A DNA stretch of 64,000 nt. Source: Mobula hypostoma. Its lineage: Eukaryota. The stretch lies in NCBI RefSeq assembly GCF_963921235.1, contig NC_086108.1, positions 42,842,001 through 42,906,000 on the forward strand, given 5' to 3'. Positions 30,401-45,400 of this stretch are shown here, one piece after another. Numbering within the stretch: the first letter of the stretch is position 1; every line of letters starts with the position of its first letter. The translations under genes were made by a program, and so were the position numbers. The notes beneath the pieces were generated by a model, which was not told the origin of the DNA, did not search any database, and saw only the letters and a program-made list of their open reading frames with translations.

Positions 30401-33400
30401 TTCTGTACCTTGCAGCCCCATGTGCACCTGACAACATTTCCATTAACCTGGACTGTGACACCAAGAGTACATCAGTGACCTGGGCGAAGGCTGAGGGTGC
30501 CATGTGGTACATTACAACAGCAGAAGGACAAAATGGACACGTTTCACTGTGTAACACAACAGAGACGAGCTGTGACTTTATAGATCTGCACTGCAGTCAG
30601 ACATATTCAATGACTGTAAAAGCAGTGGATGCTTACTGTCCGAGTATAAACGCTTCAGTGTTTGAAACTGAGACAGGTAACATTGCTAAAGTCTCCGGCG
30701 TGTAAAACAAAAGCTGATGCCGTTACAGAAGGAAGAACTATTCTGAGATCTCAGAATTGGAAAAATCACTGAGTGTTTCTGGATCTTCAGTGTGAACTCA
30801 TTCAGTAGAAGTATTGAGTGATCAGAGGGTTTCTATCCAGTATTCTCCCTTCTCCTCCACTAAAAGTAGCCTCTCTTGACCCTTGCAATTGCAAGTCCTA
30901 ATTAAACACTGTAGCCTGTGTTGAATTCATAGGCTGAATTCAATCCAAAAGACAACTGGCAATCCTTGTTTCCTTGCTGGCCAAATGGATACAAAGACTT
31001 AATGAAATTCTGGAAGAAATTAGAAATGAAGGAAGTTAACAAGTTAAGCAGTGTCAATGATGAGAAAGAGTTAATGTTTCAGGTTATTGACTATGTCAGA
31101 ACCTAAATAACAAAATTGCAGAAAATTCCAATTCCACAGTATCACAATAGGCTGGATCAGCTAAGCCAGCTCTCTTTCCGGGACCTCGGGCCTACCTCTT
31201 ATCCACTCCCACAGATACTGATCTTCATGTTAGCTGCTCCTGGGGCCCAAACCACAGAATTTACAGGCTCCCTCTAAGCCTCCTCTGGGATTTGTCTTCT
31301 GTCCAGTCACAGATGGCAACTCACCCGTGTCTGTATCACACCCAGCAACCAAACCAATCACAATAGTTACTGAAATAAAACAATCTACTAATATTATTTT
31401 TAAGCATAAAATGAAGTTATATTGTTCAAGATATTTCATCCAGAGGAAGGAATATGCCAACTGATTTTTATAGATTACCACATTTAATCAAAGTAAATGT
31501 AACTTCTCTACATTTTTCTGTCTGAGTGCAATGCATATCCTCACTAGGGCTTTAACATGGAATCAAGCAGCATGTAAACAGGCTCTTTAGCTCAACGGGT
31601 CCATGCTAATCCCAGTCGCCCAAGCTCCTCTGCTCCACGTACCTATCCAAATGCCTCCTATATGTTACAATTGTACCCACCTCAGCTACTTCCTCTGGCA
31701 GCTCATTCCAACTATTCACTGCCCTCTATGCAAGGAAGTTCACTCAGGTCTGTTCTGAGTCTCTCACCAATTATTTTGTTTTTGTGCCTTATGGTTTCTG
31801 ACCCCACAACCCCGGGCGAGAGGCTAAGACCTTCCACCTTGTCCACAGCCTTCATGATTTTATAGATTTCTATGAGGTCACCTCTGCCCCCACCCCCAAC
31901 CATCCTCCTGAGCACAAGGGAGCAAAGGTCCAGTGTGCGGACCTCTCCCTATAACTCAGGATCTCTAGTCCAGGCAGCATGCTCATAAATCTCTGACACA
32001 AAGTAGTTATAGTGCATACTGAACCTGGTGGAGGAGTCACATCTGGAAGAATTGTTACAAGGAGAAGGCAACTAATCAGAACTATTGGAAAAGAGGGAAA
32101 AAATCTTAGTTATAATGTGACACAGCACAGAAACCGGCCCTTCATCCTTTTGACGATCATGCTGACAAAAAAAACATTTACACTAAGCCAATTCAAATCT
32201 CCCCACAGTCCCATCAACTTCCCCCGGATTCTACCACTCTCCTACACAGTGGGGACAATTGACCTAGCCACACACATTGTTGGTATATACTGTAGAATGA
32301 AGCTCGAGCATTTGGAGAAAGCTACTTTGTCACAGGGCAGATGTGCACATTACTGTATTGGTAGTTCAGATTTCACAGTGCAGAAAGAATCCCTTTGACC
32401 CAGCTGGCCCGTGCTGACTGAGATGACCCATTGCCCCATTTAAGTTAGTCCCATTTGCCAACATTTGGCTCATAACTTTCTAAATCTTTCCAATCCATTT
32501 ACCTATCCAATTGTCTTTTTACAACAGCCTCAATCACTTCCTCTGACAACTCACTCCCACAGATAGATTTGATTCCCTTTGTTTATATATTCCAGACATA
32601 CCTCCACTATTCTTTTATTTTTAAAAAATTTTTTTTTGAGATACTGTGTGGAACAAGCACTTCTGGCCCTTCAATTCGTGCCGCCCAGCAACCCCCAATT
32701 TAACCCTAGCCTGATCACAGGACAATTTACAATGACCAGTTTACCCACCAACCAGTATGTCTTTGACAGCTCGTTCAAGATCTCCTCACGTGCACCCTAT
32801 AACATTTCTTTGTTCTCTCTGTCCCTTCTTATTTCTTTTGCAATTTAAAACTTGTTCCCCAGTTCTAATGAAACATCATCAACTTGAAACTAGCATTTGC
32901 TGTTTCAGTTCATTGGTCTGAGGCTGTTTACTGAATACATAAGAACAATGGAAATTTCAAGAGCAAAACTGCAGAGGATAAGAGCTTGAAACTTGATCCT
33001 GGCTTCAAATAAGACCAAAGGTGTACTCTTTTAAAATTAAGAGGTGAACTGTTTTTAAAGATGATTAGAAGATTTGTCTGTGGAGACAGAAACTAATTCC
33101 AATGGCAGAGGATTTCTGAACAAAGGGAAAATCAGTTTAAAATTACAGAAAGATCCTTCAGGGATGGGATCAACAATTACAATTTAACATAATTAAAAAT
33201 GGCAATCAGGAGTTTGCTGCCTGACTGACGATGCTAGATTAATAGGCATTTTCAAATTTTGACAGCTGAGGATGTTCAGGGAATTGAAAACAAGGTGCTC
33301 GTGGATAATGCAGCCTTGATCTAATGAAACAGTGGAAACAAATTGAGGGAACGAATGGCCTAGTCTAGTGCTGCCCCAATGTCTGACATCTGCCGTTTGA

Positions 33401-36400
33401 AGTACTCACTCATTTCAGTAATTCATGTGTTTGCCTCTCTCCAAGTCCCTTGCCCCCCTCAGAACATACAAGCTGATTGTGCTGGTGTCACTGCCTTTGT
33501 AACGTGGGAGCTGAGTAACCTCACAGTGTGGTACACCGCTACGGCAGAGGGGAGCGATGGACACGCAGCCACCTGTACCACATCCAAAACAAACTGTCTC
33601 ATCCCAGATCTTCACTGCAGCCAAACATACAACATCTCTGTCCTCGCATTTGGTGAAAGCTGCAGCAGCTTCCGGAGCTCCCACTATGAAATTCATACAG
33701 GTAAAAAAGAAATAAAGCTTTATATAGCACCTCTCATCTCCCTGCAATGTTCTGACAGAGCTTGCAATGAAGAGATTATTTTTGAAGTGTTTGCAGCGTA
33801 GGAGTCACGGAAAAGTGAGCAGCCAGGCTATGTACAGCGATCTCTGAAGAAAAGTCATTAAACTGAATTATTTGGTTAGAAAGGGCAGTTCCCTGGTGAC
33901 GCAGTAGTGCATACTTCTTCAAAAGTGTTCTTCAGTATCGTTAACTGGAACAGACGTCGCCGAACTGCTATTATGTGCCTGGGAATCTTTACTCGATTGA
34001 ACAATAATCATTGTAAATTATTCCAACATTGTTTTAAATTGCCCTCCTGCTAAATTTACATTTGGGTGGTTAAAGTTAAAACTGCATTGCAATGCTGAAG
34101 TATACAGAGATGGTACACAGCAACTCACTGTTATAACCAGGCATTGGAGTGGCCAATTGTCCATCATTCTGATGTGCCTACTTTTTCAAGCAATTGGTTT
34201 TAAACTAAACGGACACAGAAACACAGTCTGTCAACTTAGTCACTCTAGTCTGTCTCTCAGTTTCCTTTTCTCGGTGTGATGACAGGTTGCTATGGAAGTA
34301 CACTCCCAAGCTCCACTGATTTCATTTCCAATCATCGCACGGTGTTCAACTTTCACTTTGTCTCTATAAGTTCCAAAATTCTTTATGGATTTTGGAAACA
34401 GAATCCTTCTAATTTTTCCAGTCAACATTGATGACTTAGTTTTCAAACTTGGTGCCAATCACACTGACCCTAAGTATTGTCCTGAAGAAAGGTCTTGGCC
34501 CAAAACATCATCTGTTAATTCATTTCCATGGATGCTGCCTGACCTGCTGAGTTCCTTCAGCATTTTGTGTTTGTTGCTCTGGATTTTCAGCATCTGCAGA
34601 CTTTCTCAACCCTCTCTCTTGACCTGGAATTCCTTTGATTCTAATATGGCTGGGCTGAGTGGACAAATGTAGAACAAATTTGAAGATGTTTAACTTCAGT
34701 GATTTGCTAGCAGGTAGTGGATTTTAATTTTTGTATTTCGTTTTCCACAGCACCATGTGCCCCAGATGAAATCATTGCCAATGTGGATTGTAACTCCAAT
34801 AGAGTGGTGGTGTCCTGGGGAAGGACTGGTGGAGCAACCTCATTCGATGTAACTGCAGAAGGCAGTGATGGTCATATACACTCACACAACACCACAGAGA
34901 CACGCCATGAAATGCTGGATTTACACTGTGGACAGTCCTATAATATAACCGTAACAACACTGAGTTACAGCCGGCATGGCATTTCGAGTACTTCTGTCCA
35001 AATACAAACTGGTAAATAACATACAGCAAGGAAATAATTTCCATGTGTATTCATTGTGTGTATTTGCAGACAGCGATAAAATTGATATTCATTTGTATTT
35101 TCTAAATAGCACCCTGCATTCCTGAGAATCTAACAGCTGAGCTTAATTGTGATTTGAACACAATATCCTTCTGGTGGGATGAGACTGCTGGAGCAAAGTT
35201 ATACACTGTGACTGTTCGAGACAGTCAAAGAGTTACAGCTTTATTCAACACAAGTGATACAAGGGCTCAAATCCAGGACCTGCAGTGTGGTGAATATTAT
35301 ACAATCTCTGTCCTAGCAACAGATGACATCTGCAGGAGGCCCCAGGGAGCAGTGGTGAATGTACATTCAGGTATTGCTCATTTCCTGAAAGCTTTTTGTG
35401 ACAGATCAGCAAATGAAGTCTTGCAATCCACTGGCAATATATCATTGTGTATATTTCCAAATAATTAAAAATTATCCTCATGTTAAACATTTTTCAAAAT
35501 GTCATTTCTACCTCAACTTGAGATATTTCCAGTGGTGTAATGGGAGTAATGTTTGCTGCCGTGTGAGTTCTGATTAATGGATCATTTCCCTATGTTATTT
35601 GTACGGGATTGCAGCATTTTCACAGGTGTATTTCTAAATCAACCACTGTCCATGCTCACCCTGGAAACGATCAAAGCTATTCGTAAGGACCACCCATAGA
35701 ATGATAAACATTGTTTTAGCTCCAGCCAGAAGTTTGGAATTCTGACCGTGTACTTAATAAAATGAATATTGAACTCATCACCAGCTCCACTTGCTTCAGT
35801 GCCTTTACGTAATGGAATTTCCTCATTCTTCGCTATCATTCCACCAAATCTCCATGTACTTTGCATGCTTCGTAAAGTGTAATGTGCAGAATTTAACAGA
35901 GTATACCAGTAATGGGGAGTACCAGAAATTTAGAAAGATTCAGAATTTTTTTCCTTGCTTTTTTACCACCTAGAGGAGAACTCTTCTATGGTCACATTGT
36001 CCATGCATGTGAGAAGACTGGCTTGTCACTATTATTGACAGGCTTGTTAAGTCAAAATTATTCATGTCTACTGAGAATAAGTGAGCCTGCACTAAAACCA
36101 ATGCACCGAGTCATAATCTCTAACCAATCTCACATGCACTAAATCTATTGGGCTCTTTTTAACCTGAGTCACTGGGCAGGAGAACTACAGCGTAGGAGGG
36201 ATATTAGATTTATATTCCATGCTTTTAATTGAATTGTATATACAAAGATATGGTCAATGAAACTTAATGGGTAGAATTGATTGCAACCTGTGGTACACAC
36301 TCAAATTAATATGTAACTCACCCAGGATGCCAGGACTAACAGTGCAGGAATGGCTGTTCAGATCCCATGTTGGGATATCTAATCTGTAATACTGAAACCT

Positions 36401-39400
36401 GAGTTCCAGAGCTAATTCTGCCATATGCCAGGCGGTTTCAGTGCAATTGCAATCATGTAATACACCCAACAAAGGCATACACCCGACAATGTGAAACATT
36501 AAAATACAAATGAAGTATGCTTTATGTTTTCAAGAAGTTAGGCAGTAACTGTTGAAAGATCTGAAAGTTAAATCTCTTTCTCTTTCCACAAGCACTACCC
36601 AGCTGGCTGAAGGTTTCCACTACTTTATTATTTTTTTTTTTTTTTCAGATACCCAACATCTGCAACTTCTTTTATTGTGAATTAAGTTGGCTTTTTGACT
36701 GTTCACAAAGTGCAAAATAAATCCAAACTGGCTAATTATGGCCAATGCTCCTGAGGTTAATCAGTAAAGTGATGGAAGGTCTTGTCAACAGTGGTACTTA
36801 TTCACTAGTAATCTGATGTCCACTTTGGGAATTTGTCAGGATCAATTGACTTAACACCTCATTACAGTATTAGTTGAATTCTAGAAGGTTGTCAATAAAA
36901 CAGCAGTTTTTGTCGAGTCTGGTGTCAAGAAGTCATAGAAAAATTGAAGTCAGTTGGCATGAAGGATAATGTTTCAGTTATACTTCGTACAAAGGAAGGT
37001 GGTTCTGCTTGCAGGATGCCAATCAGCCCATCCTGCAGGAGTTCCTCAGAACAGTGTCCTCAGCCCAGCCACCAATGTCTTTCCTTTCTTAGGGTCAGAA
37101 GTAGGAATGCTTAGCTTCATTTTCAACTCCTCGGGAAATAAATCAACCCTTGCCAGCATTTTGTAAGAGCTAGACAATATGCAAGCTAAGTGGCAAATAA
37201 TTTTCAAGTCACCAAAGTGCTAGGCATTGACCATCTGCAACAAGAGGACCTCATTACCTCCCTTTGATGTTCAATACCAGGCACTGACCATCTACAACAA
37301 GAGGACCTCATTACCTCCCTTTGATGTTCAATACCAGGCACTGACCATCTACAACAAGAGGACCTCATTACCTCCCTTTGATGTTCAATACCAGGCACTG
37401 ACCATCTACAACAAGAGTACCTCATTATCTCCCTTTGATGTTCAATGCCGGGCACTGACCATCTGCAACAAGAGTACCTCATTACCTCCCTTTGATGTTC
37501 AATACCAGGCACTGACCATCTGCAACAAGAGTACCTCATTACCTCCCTTTGATGTTCAATGCCAGGCACTGACCATCTACAACAAGAGGACCTCATTACC
37601 GCCCTTTGATGTTCAATACCAGGCACTGACCATCTACAACAAGAGGACCTCATTACCGCCCTTTGATGTTCAATACCAGGCACTGACCATCTACAACAAG
37701 AGGACCTCATTATCTCCCTTTGATGTTCAATGCCGGGCACTGACCATCTGCAACAAGAGTACCTCATTACCTCCCTTTGATGTTCAATGCCAGGCACTGA
37801 CCATCTACAACAAGAGGACCTCATTACCTCCCTTTGATGTTCAGTGCCAGGCACTGACAGTCTACAACAAGAGGACCTGATTACCTCCATCTGATGTTCA
37901 ATGTCACTACCATTACATTGTATCCTGCATGCTTCAACATCCTGGGGTCACCATTCATGGGAAATTCAAATGAATGAGTCACGTGAGCACAAGAGTCCTC
38001 ACCACTTGACATCACAAGGTGACATCACAAGCCTTTCGACCATCCACAAGGTGCAAGTCAAGCATACGATGGAAAGTTACCCACTTTCTCAGATGAATCC
38101 ACCACCAGCAGCACTGAAGTAGCTCAAAACTATCGTGAATAAAATCAAAAAACTGCAACTGGTGGAAATCCAAAATACTGGAAATTCTCATCAATCAGGC
38201 AAATAGCATTTCGGATTGTTGGCCTTTCATGAGAGCTGGAGGAAGTTGAAAAGATGTTTTAGTTTACAAGGAAGGGGGAATCAAAACTCAATATTTAACT
38301 GAAATTTTTCAGATAACCAGCTTTTTTTATCTATATCTGAAAATTCTGGTTCTGATGAAAGGTCATCCATTGGTGTTGTTAACTATTCCTTCTCTAAGGT
38401 TCTGCCTGATTTGCTTAATACTTCCAGTATTTCTCATGGTCTTGTTTTCCAGAAACTGCAGGAAAGTTGCAGCTTTGATTTTTCCCTCTCTCCAGGCCCT
38501 CATTCTTTTTTCTCTATTTACTTCTCCTCTGGATATATTAGCTGTGATCAACAAGCCATAGCCACCCTCTTTCAGCTAGCAACTATAATATCAGTGTTAT
38601 TCAGTCTCTCTTGACCTTCAGTCTAATCACAAACATCTACTTTGTTTGCTTCACCACTTTCACTTTTCTGTGGCTTATAACATTTCCAACTTTTCCAAAT
38701 TCTGATGAAGTATCATCAATCCGAACGTTAACTCTGTTTCCCTCTCCACAGATGCTGAGTGCTGTCAGTAACTTCTGTTTTAATACCTTCCAGGACAAAG
38801 CAACCTACTTGATTGGCATCCAATTTACCACCTTAAACATCCATTTCCTTCACCGCCAATGTACAGTGGCTGCAATATGTACTTTCTACAAAATGCATTG
38901 CAGTGACTTGCCAAAATTATTCTAAAGTCACCTCCCAGATCCGTAACCTCTGCCACGATGAAGCACGAATGCAACATGCACACAAATAAGTCATAACCTA
39001 AAGCTTCCCCTCTGAGTCACAAATCTCAACTTTGAAATATATTACTACTCTTTCATCACTGCTCAGTATAAATTCTGGAAATGCTTCTCCAAGCGCTTTA
39101 TGAAAGTATTTAATCAAAACTGCAGTAGCAGTTCAAGAAGGCGGCATACCACCACCTTCTCAAGGCAATTAGGGATGAGAAATAAATACTGGTCTTTCCC
39201 ACTATGTCCAATCCCTGGAAAAAAATAATAAATAAATGAGAAAAGTTTAACTTCAAAGATCTTTGTTTCTAAACAGCAGATTTATTGGTGATGTTGTACC
39301 ATTTATTTTATGTTCTTCCTCATCTTTCCTTCAAAAAAGGATTACTTGATACTGCTAGTATTTTCATCCATCTCATAATTCTATGTCCTACTTAAATCCT

Positions 39401-42400
39401 TCCCCATCATGCTGTTAACTATATACTATGTTTAGAATCTTTGGCAGACTTGTCTAAGATGTTAATATATAAAATTAATTAATTATTGAATGAAGTCCTA
39501 ACTCTATAGGAGTACGACTACATACTTCTCTACAGTATGATAACCAACAATTTACCACCACCTCTGATTACTATCTGTTAATCATTTGATAACCATGCTG
39601 CCCCTGCCCTTCAGTTCATGGATTCCACTTCTGCTAACAATTGTATCATCTACAATGAATTCAAACATCATGTTCACAAATTTAGAGAGTGAATTTCATC
39701 AACACTGATACTTTAAATTGCGAACCATTTCCATGATTTAGAATAATAAACTCCAATAAAGTTATTACTAACTTAGTAAGTTTGTCAATCAGCTTATTTG
39801 AATCCACAATGCTTGATCCATTGCCTGACATCCATTTTAACTTTCAACCTTATTTTCAGTCCCTTGTGACCCACAGAATGTCAAAGTACAACTGGATTGT
39901 AACCTCAATACAGCTCTTGTATTGTGGGATGATAGTGAAGGAGCACTGTGGTACACTGCCATTGCAGAAGGAGCTGACGGGGGCAACATTTCATGCAGCA
40001 CATCAGAAACATCATGTAGAACACCCATGCTGCTCTGTGGCCAGTTATATTCTGTGTATGTTGTAGCATCTGACAGGACCTGCAACCACTCTCTGAGTTC
40101 AGCAGTTGAAATACAGACAGGTAATCCATTGATTATTGACTATGACATATAATCGAAAAATGCAATTCCATTATTTTAATTCAGTAGTATACTAGAGCAG
40201 TATATTGACATAATATTAAATAAAAATTATCAGTTGTACCAAAGTCTTGTTAGTCAGCCACACAAGATCAAATTGCTGTTTAGATTTTGCATGTTATGTT
40301 ACCATAACCGCTCCAACACCATTTCGTCTAACTTCCAGGTTATACGTGGTGACTTGTTTATAGTCTGATAATAAATTTTACTTTGAACATTTCAACTTTT
40401 TTCTGTAAATGCCTAATTAAACAACCTGAAACAATATCTGTGCTCTAATCCTCCACCTAATGATGTGAATACTATCAAGCATGCCTTAAAATTAATAAAT
40501 CCATGCAGGATTCAATGACTTAATCCCCAAAAATGGTAAATTATCAATTATTTTAGATTCCGATATCTGATATTGATTGAATTCCTCCAGTACTGATCAA
40601 GTTAGCCTCTGGCCGGCTGGTGGCGCAGTGGCATCAGCGCCGGACTCCGGAGTGAAGGCTCCCGAGTTCGAATCCAAGTGGTGCCACCCCCCGAACACGC
40701 TTTCCATCCGTGCCGGGTTGAGCATTGAGTTAGCCACTCGGCCTCGTAAAAAACGAGGGTCAAGTCAGGAACATTCATATCCTGACCCAGTTAATCCGAA
40801 AGGAGACTAATCCTGACACCACGCACCAGACAAGAATGGCTGACTGTCTGGTGTGACAGGTATTATATAGTAGTGAAACCCAGGGAGTTCATCAAGGCAA
40901 CTTCTAGATATGTGACTATCACACAGTAGCCAGATTGAATCATTTAGTTGTTGATGTTTCTACTGTCCCATACAAAGCTTTCCCATGTTCACAGAAAGAA
41001 TTATTAATGTTCTTATTTAGAAGTTTCCATTTTTTAATTTATTGATGTATACATGTTAATTTAAGTAAATGTATGGCTATTCCTTTTTCCATTCTGTTAT
41101 GTTTTAATATTTCTTAAGCTCCCTGTAGTCCCCAGAATGTAAGTGCTCACTTGGACTGTGGAAAATGCACAACATCAGTTTGGTGGGAGGAGAGCGAGGG
41201 TGCAGTGTACTACACTGCTATGGCAGAAGGAGTGGAAGGAGAGGACTACTCCTGCAATACAACGGGAGCAAACTGTGAGATTGTAGGCCTCCCATGTGGC
41301 CAGATGTTTAATATAACTGTGTTAGCGATGGACGAGAATTGCACCAGCTTACCAAGTCCAGCTTTTGAAATTCAAACAGGTAACGATTCTTTCCTTTTCA
41401 ATAAAAATCAACAGAATGAGCATCAGAAACGAATTTCAAAAATTGCATAACATGATAAAACAGGAGATCAATATCCAACACCAAACAGTTAGTAAAATAA
41501 TAATTAACATAGGTAATCATTGCAAAAAACTCAATTGGGTAGCAGATAATCCCGGCAGATAGAGGAGGCCTCTTGCTTGTGCTTTAACTGTGCATTGGGA
41601 ATGCTGTCTTATCTGGTGATCATGTAACATTAATAAGGGTTCAACACTCTCACTTTATAGACCTTGCTTTCTGAATCGTTTCAGAGCTTGCTGAGATTAT
41701 GAAAATATTTAGCATGGCAAGGAGACAAAGATATCTCTTTCATATACAATCCACCTTGGTTAGGTGAAATATAGTGTAGGGAAGTGAATGGGCATGCACT
41801 TAGATAGAAGGAATAAAGGCGTAAACTATTTTCAAAATGGGGAGAAAATTCAGAAATCAGAGGCGCAAAGGGACTTGGGAGTCTTCGTGCAGGATGGCCT
41901 AAAGATTAATTTGCAAGTTGAGCAGGGGTAAAGAAGACAAATGCAATGTTAGTATTCATTTTGAGAAGACTAGAATATAAAAGCAAGGATGCAATACTAA
42001 GGTTTCAAAAGGCATTAGTTAGAACATACTTTGCACAACTTTAGGCCCCTTAGCTATGAATTGACACTGGAGATGGTCCAGAGGAGGTTCACAAGAATGA
42101 TTCTGGGAATGAAAGGGTATGAGGAGTGTTAAATGGCTCTGGACCTGTACTTGCTGGAGTTTAGAAGATAGAGGGGTGGTCTCATTGAAACCTATCGAAT
42201 ATTGAAAGACCTGGATAGAGTGAACATGGGAGGATGTTTCCTATAGTGGGGAAGTCTAAGGCCAGAGGGCAGAGCCTCAGAATAGAAGGATAACTCATTT
42301 GAACTGAGATGGGGGTGGTGAGTCTGTGGAATTCATTGCCACAGATGGCTAGGGAGGACAAACCATTGGGTATATTTGAAGTGGAGGTTGCTATGTTCTG

Positions 42401-45400
42401 TGGTCAGGGCATCAAAGGTTACAGGGAGAAGGCAGGATAATGGGGTTAAGAAAATAATGAATCAGCCATGCTTGAATAGCAGAGTATATTTGATGGGCTG
42501 AGTGGCCTAATTCTGCTCCTATGACTTATGATCATATGGTCCTATGGTAATAGACAGAAACAGATAATATTCAGGCCATGTTAAGTGTGTAGCATTTCCA
42601 TTATCATATAGGAAACACTCTAATATATACTCTCTGTTAAGATTCAGTCTTAAATAATGTTACAAAAAAGATTGTTTGCAGTTTTGCTCATTGTTGTAGT
42701 AATATGATTTGCACAAATTAGCTATGATTTCTATACAAAAATTGTAAGATTTGATATTGTGTAACTTGTAATCATGTTATATTGTTTACAATAGTTTCCT
42801 GTGCATCTTTCTACAGCACCTTGTATCCCACAGAATGTGGTAGCTCACATCAGCTGCGAGAATAACACTGTCTCAGTGTCTTGGGATCCCAGCAATGGCT
42901 CAGAGTCATACCACGTAACAGCACAAGGGACCAATGGCCACTGGGCCTCCTGCAATACAACAGGCACTGAATGTGAGGTCTCTGATGTGTACTGTGGACT
43001 GTATTACTACATAACTGTACAGGCAGTCCGCATGGGGTGTAACAGCTCACACAGCTCTGCTGTGGCAGTTAAAGCAGGTAACATGTGAAGTATTGAAAAT
43101 CATTTCTAAAATTTACATACATTGTTTGCAGTGTTGCCTTTTATGTACCCTTCAGCCTCTATTGATAAATTTTCTTCTTGCAGTACCGTGTGTCCCCCAG
43201 AACGTCAATGCTTACATGGACTGTGATTCTGGACATATGTCAGTCTCCTGGGAATTTTGTGAAGGTGCATCATCATACATTGCCACTGCAGAAGGAGGTG
43301 ACGTGCAGCGATGCAGCGCCAACGATACGCTGTGTGACATCACTGACCTGTCCTGTGGAGAGACCTACACTGTCACAGTCCTTGCGCACGATGACACCTG
43401 TGACTCTGCTGAAAGTCCTTCGGTCACAATGAGAACAGGTAACTGCAGCGAAGAGCAATTTCCTGCATTACTAATTCCTCTCTCCTTCACATTAACTTTG
43501 GTGCCTTCTCTATTAGAACATCCTTCTCTAGAATACATTTATTCTGGAGGACAGTGGTTAGCGCGAAGCTATTATAGCCCCAGGGGTTGAAGTTCTGAGT
43601 TCAATTCCGGTGTCCTCTGTAACTAAGTTTGTACATACTTCCCATGAGTATGTGGGTTTCCTCTGGGAGCGCTGGTTTCCTCCCACAGTCCAACAACATG
43701 CTAGTTAGGTTAACTGGTCATTGTCATTTGTCCTGTTATTAGACTAGGATTAAATATGTGGGTGGCTGGGTGACATGGCTTGTTGGCCCAGAAGGGTTTG
43801 TTCCATGCTCTATCTCTAAATAAACAAACATTTGCCTTAATATTTTGGTTTTAAAAACAATTCCAGAAAATTTAGCAGTTACCATGTAAGTGACACTTTA
43901 TCTGTTGCTTTTGCCATTTCTAGTTTCGTGCATCCCACAGAACCTCGATGTCCATGTAGACTGTGACACAAACGATGCTTCAGTATTGTGGAGCCACACT
44001 AAAGGTGCAGTCTCTTACTTGGCAACTGCAGAAGGAAGTGATGGGCACCCAGTTTCCTGCGAAACGGCCAGTACCGAATGTCAGATAACCAACCTACACT
44101 GTGGACAGGTGTATAATTTAACTGTGACAGCCCTGGATGGTGTGTGTGACACCTCACAAAGCTCTCTGTTTGCATTCAGCACTGGTAGGTGTTTTGATGT
44201 GATTTAGTAAGTTTGATAATTAACTGTACAATTTTTCCTGAAAATTTCACTTACAGTGCACCTTCCATGTATCCAAATATCACACCACATTGAAGTAGAA
44301 AACTGTTAGGTATGCCTACAAAAGAATTATGCTAAATATTAAACGTTTTGATAAGCTGTCAACATCAGGCATGGAATGAACATTAATTGAGAAAACTTGC
44401 CACGGGGAATATAAGGTCCTTTCTATCAGTGGCTTTCAATAATCCATACAGTACAGATGCAGAGAAAAGCTGTAAATGCAACTGTTAGAAGTGTGGTAGC
44501 TGAATGACATATTAAAATGCAAATAGAAGAAAGCTTCAATTATCTAATATTTGACTATTCTGAAATCCAGATGGTTCGGATCTGACACACCAGCTGATAC
44601 TTGACCTACAGCTTACCAGGGCTAACTTTCCATGCTTCCCCTCTGCTGAACCAAGTTTCCGCGCCCCCTTCCAACTCAGCTGGCCCTGGCTGGTTCCTGA
44701 GCTTCCGTTAAACCCACAGGGCCACGACTGCATTTCATCCTTCAAGCTCAGTTCAAGTAGAGACCAGTTTCTATACTTTCTATAAACTGACCAAGGCCCT
44801 GTTTTCTGCATACCCTTTATTACGTTCACTGGAAAAATTATCATGTCACTGTATAATATCCTCCCAAAAATTGAAATGTGTCAGTGTATTAACAGGAATA
44901 TAATCCAATAGTCCAGAAAATCTGCTGGTCTGGTACCACCAAAGTCCTGAGAGTGACACTTTTAATGTAATCAGTACTGAAAGTCCTCCAAAACTTATAA
45001 CATTAGATTGTTTCTAGATATTTTAGTGTTATTTTCAATAAAACCAATGTCCTCCTTGAGTGAAGCTAAGCTCGAAAGTGAATTTTGTGTTCTGAATTTT
45101 CTGTTTCCCCAGTAATTATTGCTTCCATTAGTTAAGTATTATAGGGGGCTCTTTGTTGATAACAAGTACAAAAATAAATCCACTATTCTCGCAAGCTCAA
45201 AAACAATTTTACTGACTACTTATATTGACAGAAGTGGATTTTAGCCATTCCCACCACGTCACAGTTACTTTGTGTTTCTGTAATATGCAGCCCCTTGTGC
45301 ACCCGAACACACTTCCACCAGTCTGGACTGTGACACCAGGAGTACGTCAGTGACCTGGGCGAAGGCTGAGGGTGCCATGTGGTACATTACAACAGCAGAA

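Noticed and set aside
37204-37890. 228-aa and 217-aa repeat proteins, or a CRISPR-like array
   Set aside because: A head-to-tail 57-bp minisatellite with no unique spacers; the ORFs arise because the unit is a stop-free multiple of 3.
40612-40690. tRNA gene
   Set aside because: It has A and B boxes but no convincing cloverleaf or acceptor stem, and continues into a SINE body; 4160-4220 is the same case.
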